From Alphaproteobacteria bacterium (GTDB taxonomy: Bacteria; Pseudomonadota; Alphaproteobacteria; Caulobacterales; Maricaulaceae): a stretch of DNA of 64,000 bases. The DNA lies in assembly GCA_016124205.1 (NCBI GenBank), contig WGOD01000004.1, positions 8,345-72,344 on the forward strand, given 5' to 3'. Below the pieces are notes generated by a model that did no database searches, had not been told where the DNA came from, and saw only the letters and a list, made by a program, of their open reading frames with translations. A program made the position numbers and the translations under genes. This document shows, in pieces, positions 59,472 to 64,000 of this stretch; the stretch's first letter is position 1; every line of letters begins with the position of its first letter.

Positions 59472-62400
59472 ATGGACCGCATTGGAGCCCGACCGGCGCT
59501 GGGCCGCGCTATTCCCCGTTTATTGCGCCTCCTGGCTTCGGCCGGACTCACAGGGGCGCTGCTGGCGGCAAGCGCCCTGGCCGCGCCAGGCGCGTGGGGG
59601 CAGACCGTCAGGGCTGTTGATACAGAATTTGATGACGGAACAAGGCTGCTGGACGGTGTGTTTTCCGGAACGCCCGTGACGATTTCCGAAAACTCGTTTT
59701 TCTATGCCAATGCCTTTTCCGAGAATGGCATCAACATCTTCTCTGTCGCCAGCGACGGAACGCTAACGCAATCGGGGAGTGTTGCGGACGGTGGTTCGCT
59801 TCGCTTGCTGGGGGCGATTGCCTCGACATCGGTCGTTGTAAACGGCACGACCTATTTGATGGCCGGCGGTTTCAGCGACTCCGGCATCAGCATCTTTTCG
59901 GTCGCATCCGATGGCACGTTGACCAATGTCGATAACGTTGGCGATGACGTGACGTTACAACTTGGCGGATTCTATTCGGTCGATACAGCGGTCGTGAACG
60001 GCACAACCTATCTTTTTGCCGCCGGTTTCAGCGACAATGGCGTAAGCGTCTTCTCTGTTGCCAATGACGGCACGTTGACGAATGTCGACAATGTGACGGA
60101 TTCAGCCAATGCGTCCTATGAGTTGAGCGGCGCCCGGTCTGTTATCGCCGTGGAATCAGGTGGCAATACGTTTATCGTTGTCGCGGGTAGCACGGACGCC
60201 GGCATCAGCGTCTTCTCGGTCGCAAATGACGGAACGCTGACAAATGTTGATAATGAAGCGGATGGCGGTGCGCTGGAGCTGGATGGTGTGCGTACGCTTG
60301 CCACGGCAGTCGTGGGCGGCACACCTTACGTTTTCACGGGCGCAGAGGCTGATGCCGGGATCAGCGTATTCTCGATCGCCAGCGATGGCATGCTGACGAA
60401 TGTCGCCAATGTCGCAGACGACGGAACGTTCAATCTGGCCTCTGTTCTTTCTGTCGCAACGATTGTCGAAGGTGGTGTCACATACCTTGCCGCCAGTTCG
60501 ATCGGAGAAGATGGCATCAGCGTGTTCAGCGTGGCGAGCAACGGTGCGCTGACCAATGTCGCGAATATTTCTGATACGGCAGGAACCGCACTGAACGATC
60601 CCTACAATGTGGTTGGCGCGGTCATTGACGGCTCGAGCCTGCTCTTTGTGAGTGGCAATGCCGACGACGGTGTTTCGGTTTTCAAGGTTGACGCTACCGC
60701 CCCTCGCATTTCCTCCATCGAACGCCACCGCCCTGATGGCAGCCCGGCGCTGAATGGCGGGCGGGTGACATGGCGCGTGACATTCGACGAGGATGTCCAG
60801 AACGTGACCTCGGACGATTTCGGCATTGCCGGGACCACCGGTACGCTGAGCGTCACAACGGTTTCGGCGAGCGTCTACGACGTGGCGGTCTCCGGCGGCG
60901 ACATGGCCGGTCTGAACGGCACGATCACCCTGTCCGTTGCGGGCGGACAGAATATCGAAGATCTGGCCGGCAACGCCCTGACCAACACCGTGCCGACCGG
61001 CGCGAACGAGAATACGTTTGCGCTGCTGAGCGACGCCGAACCGGCGGGCAGCGAATTCCTGGTCAACACGACGACAGCAGCAGCACAGGACGATTCAGAA
61101 GTTGCTGCACTTACGGGCGGGGGCTTCGTCGTTGTCTGGCAGGACTTAAGCACGAGTGGCGGAGATACCAGCGGTTACGCGGTTCGGGGGCAGCGATACA
61201 ATGCCGACGGAACCACAGCAGGCAGCGAGTTTCTCGTCAATACGACAACAACAGGGTCCCAATCTGACCCCAGTATTGCAGCGCTTTCTGACGGCGGATT
61301 TGTCGTCGTCTTCGATGATGATAGCGGAACCGGAGGTGACACTTCAAACACGGCCGTACGCGGCCAGAGGTTTGATGCGAGTGGAAACACTGTAGGAAGT
61401 GAATTTCTTGTCAATACAACCACGTCTAACAACCAGCTCGACCCTGATGTTGCCGGGCTCGTCGGCGGTGGGTTTGTGGTCGCTTTCGGTGATTTCAGTC
61501 GTTCCGGTGGTGATACGTCGGGCTATGCGGTGCGGGCGCAACGTTATGATTCAGATGGCAACGCTGCGGGGTCCGAATTCCTCGTCAATACAACCACCTC
61601 CAGCACTCAGGATGATGTCAGCGTTGCAGGCTTGACCGGTGGTGGCTTTGTCATCGTATTTGACGACAGCAGTGCGACAGGCGGCGATACATCGTTTGGT
61701 GCCGTTCGTGGCCAGCTCTACGATGCCGACGGAAATACGGTCGGCTCGGAATTTCTCGTAAACACGACCACTTCCAATGGTCAGTTGAAGCCGGACGTCG
61801 CCGCACTTCGGGATGGTGGCTTTATCGTGGTTTTCGAAGACTCCAGTGCATCGTCCGGCGACACGTCGGGGATAGCCGTGCGTGGTCAACGGTTTGACGC
61901 CGCAGGAAGTCCTCAGGGCGCGGAATTCCTCGTCAATTCAACAACAAGCGACAATCAGAATGTCGCTGCCGTCACCGGCCTGGCCGGTGGTGGCTTTGTG
62001 GTGGCTTACTCGGATGCGAGTGGGTCTGCTGGCGACACCTCAAGCATCGCCGTCCGTGCCCAGCGATTTGACGATGCTGGGGTGGCTTCTGGAAGTGAAT
62101 TCCTTGTCAATACAACAACAGCGAGTGTCCAGCGGCGCGCAGGGCTTGCCGGACTGGCCGCAGGCGGATTCGTCATCTCGTTTGAGGACAATAGCGCGTC
62201 TAGTGGCGATACGGATAATTATGCTATTCGCGCCCAGCGTTACGACATCGACTCGACCGCCCCCCTCATCGCTTCGATCGAGCGGCAGACCCCGTCCTCC
62301 TCGCCGACGAACGCCGACAGCGTGACCTGGCGGATCCTGTTCACCGAGACGGTGGTGAATGTCGATACGACGGATTTCTCGGTTTCGGGCACCAGCGGAA

Positions 62401-64000
62401 CGGTGACCAATGTCACCAATTCCTCGGGCAATTTCTGGGACGTCACCGTGTCCGGCGGGGACATGGCGAGCCTGGACGGTACCATCACCCTGTCCTTCGC
62501 AGGCGGTCAGGACATCACCGACAGCGCCGGAAATGCGCTGACCAACACGACGCCCTACGGCATTTTCCAGAACACCTATGTGATCGACAACACCGCGCCG
62601 CGCGTTACGCAGATCGAAAGGCGCACCGACGAACTCACCCGTTTCGCGCCGAGATGGACGGTTCGCTTCAACGAGGACGTGTCCAATCTGGGCATCGCCG
62701 ACTTCACGGTCTCCGGCACGACGGGAACGCTCAGCCAGCTTATACTCGCGCCAAGCTTTCTCGACATGGACGTGTCCGGCGGCGATATCGCCAATCTGAA
62801 CGGCACGGTCACACTCTCCTTCACCGGTGGACAGGACATCACCGATCTTGCCGGCAATGCGCTGACCAATCTTGCGCCCACCGGGGTCAATCAGCCTTCA
62901 ACCATCATTGACACCATCGCGCCAACGGTCGTGGTCAATATTGTCGAAGACGATCTCGGTACCGGTGAAACCTCTCTGGTCACCTTCGAGTTTTCCGAGG
63001 GCGTGGTTGAACAAGGGCAAGGACTGTCCGGAACCGGAACCGGCGGAACCGTATCGAACTTCACACAGGTCGATGCAGACAGCTGGACGGCGAATTTCAC
63101 CCTGGCCGACGGCGCGGCCGAGGGGAGGGTTGATATTGATGACACGGTTTATTGGGACTTGGCGGGGAACCTTGGCGTTCCCGGCGGCGATACGGTGCAG
63201 CGGGATGTCACCCCGCCTGTTCTGATGGCGTTTGCGCGCAACACGCCGTTCGGCGAGACCACGGATGCCGACACGCTGGTGTTTGACATCACCTTCAACG
63301 AAAACATGCTGAACGTGTCGGTGGATGATTTTCTTGTTACCGGCACGACGGCAGGCGGGAACCTTGAGGGGTCGGGTGCGGCCTACACGTTGACGCTGTT
63401 GGGCGGCAATCTGGCCGGCTTCAACGGCACGGTCGGTCTGGATCTTGCCCCGGATCATGACATCACCGACGTGGGGGGTATCGCGCTCGGCGCGGGCGAG
63501 CCTTCCCGGGACGAGACCTATACCGTTCTCAATACGGGCCCGCGCATCGCCTCGATCGAGCGGCAATCACCGGCCACGTCCCCGACCATCGCCGACAGTC
63601 TCACCTGGCGGGTGACGTTTGAAAACGACGTCACCTACACGCCCGCCGGGGCTGTCCTGACCAATACGGACAATGTCACGGACGACGCGACGCTCGCCCT
63701 GGACCTGGCGACCTGGGTCACGACCGCCGAGGTCAATGGCACGGACTATGTGTTCGTGATCGGCTATAACGACAGTGGCGTCAGCGTGTTCTCCGCCGCC
63801 AGTGACGGCACGCTGACCCATGTGGAAACCGTGGTCGATGACGGCACGCTGCTGCTGGACGGGGCGTCTTCCGCTGAAACGGCGGTGGTCGCCGGAACCA
63901 CCTATCTGTTCGTTACGGGCATTACCGATAGCGGTGTGAGCGTGTTCTCCGTCGCCAATGACGGCACGCTGACCAATGTCGACAATGTCGCCGATGACGG
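59472..64000 (+). CDS. Large secreted/surface repeat protein (beta-propellers plus Ig-like domains), 3' truncated by window
   Basis: ATG at 59472 after GGGGGGA; signal peptide MDRIGARPALGRAIPRLLRLLASAGLTGALLAASALAAPGAWG; the same frame reads coherent repeats at all points checked up to 64000. Confidence 0.85.
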   Translation, partial: MDRIGARPALGRAIPRLLRLLASAGLTGALLAASALAAPGAWGQTVRAVDTEFDDGTRLLDGVFSGTPVTISENSFFYANAFSENGINIFSVASDGTLTQSGSVADGGSLRLLGAIASTSVVVNGTTYLMAGGFSDSGISIFSVASDGTLTNVDNVGDDVTLQLGGFYSVDTAVVNGTTYLFAAGFSDNGVSVFSVANDGTLTNVDNVTDSANASYELSGARSVIAVESGGNTFIVVAGSTDAGISVFSVANDGTLTNVDNEADGGALELDGVRTLATAVVGGTPYVFTGAEADAGISVFSIASDGMLTNVANVADDGTFNLASVLSVATIVEGGVTYLAASSIGEDGISVFSVASNGALTNVANISDTAGTALNDPYNVVGAVIDGSSLLFVSGNADDGVSVFKVDATAPRISSIERHRPDGSPALNGGRVTWRVTFDEDVQNVTSDDFGIAGTTGTLSVTTVSASVYDVAVSGGDMAGLNGTITLSVAGGQNIEDLAGNALTNTVPTGANENTFALLSDAEPAGSEFLVNTTTAAAQDDSEVAALTGGGFVVVWQDLSTSGGDTSGYAVRGQRYNADGTTAGSEFLVNTTTTGSQSDPSIAALSDGGFVVVFDDDSGTGGDTSNTAVRGQRFDASGNTVGSEFLVNTTTSNNQLDPDVAGLVGGGFVVAFGDFSRSGGDTSGYAVRAQRYDSDGNAAGSEFLVNTTTSSTQDDVSVAGLTGGGFVIVFDDSSATGGDTSFGAVRGQLYDADGNTVGSEFLVNTTTSNGQLKPDVAALRDGGFIVVFEDSSASSGDTSGIAVRGQRFDAAGSPQGAEFLVNSTTSDNQNVAAVTGLAGGGFVVAYSDASGSAGDTSSIAVRAQRFDDAGVASGSEFLVNTTTASVQRRAGLAGLAAGGFVISFEDNSASSGDTDNYAIRAQRYDIDSTAPLIASIERQTPSSSPTNADSVTWRILFTETVVNVDTTDFSVSGTSGTVTNVTNSSGNFWDVTVSGGDMASLDGTITLSFAGGQDITDSAGNALTNTTPYGIFQNTYVIDNTAPRVTQIERRTDELTRFAPRWTVRFNEDVSNLGIADFTVSGTTGTLSQLILAPSFLDMDVSGGDIANLNGTVTLSFTGGQDITDLAGNALTNLAPTGVNQPSTIIDTIAPTVVVNIVEDDLGTGETSLVTFEFSEGVVEQGQGLSGTGTGGTVSNFTQVDADSWTANFTLADGAAEGRVDIDDTVYWDLAGNLGVPGGDTVQRDVTPPVLMAFARNTPFGETTDADTLVFDITFNENMLNVSVDDFLVTGTTAGGNLEGSGAAYTLTLLGGNLAGFNGTVGLDLAPDHDITDVGGIALGAGEPSRDETYTVLNTGPRIASIERQSPATSPTIADSLTWRVTFENDVTYTPAGAVLTNTDNVTDDATLALDLATWVTTAEVNGTDYVFVIGYNDSGVSVFSAASDGTLTHVETVVDDGTLLLDGASSAETAVVAGTTYLFVTGITDSGVSVFSVANDGTLTNVDNVADD
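59601..60689 (+). repeat. Seven ~52-aa coding repeats (probable 7-bladed beta-propeller, type A)
   Basis: Unit LTNVDNVxDxxxLxLxGxxxVxxxxVxGTTYLFxxGxxDxGISVFSVAxDGT. Confidence 0.8.
61047..62249 (+). repeat. Seven 174-nt (58-aa) coding repeats (probable 7-bladed beta-propeller, type B)
   Basis: G(S/A)EFLVN(T/S)TT units start at 61047, 61221, 61395, 61569, 61743, 61917 and 62091. Confidence 0.85.

Noticed and set aside
61047-62249. Regularly spaced repeats as a possible CRISPR array or non-coding repeat array
   Set aside because: The period is 174 nt (a multiple of 3), conservation is at the protein level with synonymous variation, there are no unique spacers, and no cas genes are present

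Overview
GC-rich (roughly 65%) alphaproteobacterial chromosome segment. Gene content suggests a marine Caulobacterales/Maricaulaceae-like organism, which is an inference. No rRNA, tRNA, CRISPR, IS or prophage was seen. Blocks from left to right: (1) 1-4646, the 3' end of a TonB-dependent receptor, a secreted PahZ1/poly(aspartate)-hydrolase-like esterase and a DASS symporter. (2) 4778-31992, a ~27 kb catabolic island of unknown substrate. It holds a TonB receptor, an MFS transporter, two carotenoid-cleavage-oxygenase-family dioxygenases, five NTF2-fold (LEH/SnoaL) proteins, three CoA ligases, three thiolases with different catalytic fingerprints, SDRs, DUF1295, an NMO-like flavoenzyme, PaaN/PaaI and a tandem-HxlR regulator. 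An 18-bp motif (consensus RCTTKCAWW-N4-WACCN) occurs ten times, upstream of every inferred transcription unit of the island. (3) 32050-42065, a CrbS/CrbR-type acetate module (DUF4212, SSS permease, sensor, regulator, DcaP porin, acs) with GAC-N4-GTC boxes. (4) A secreted triple-PPC HExxH protein. (5) ccoNOQPGHIS, DUF2189, DsbD_2, hemN, sulP, persulfide dioxygenase and fpr. (6) 59472 to the window end, a >1500-aa secreted beta-propeller/Ig mosaic protein that is absent from the ORF track. All product calls are from motif recognition, without database searches.
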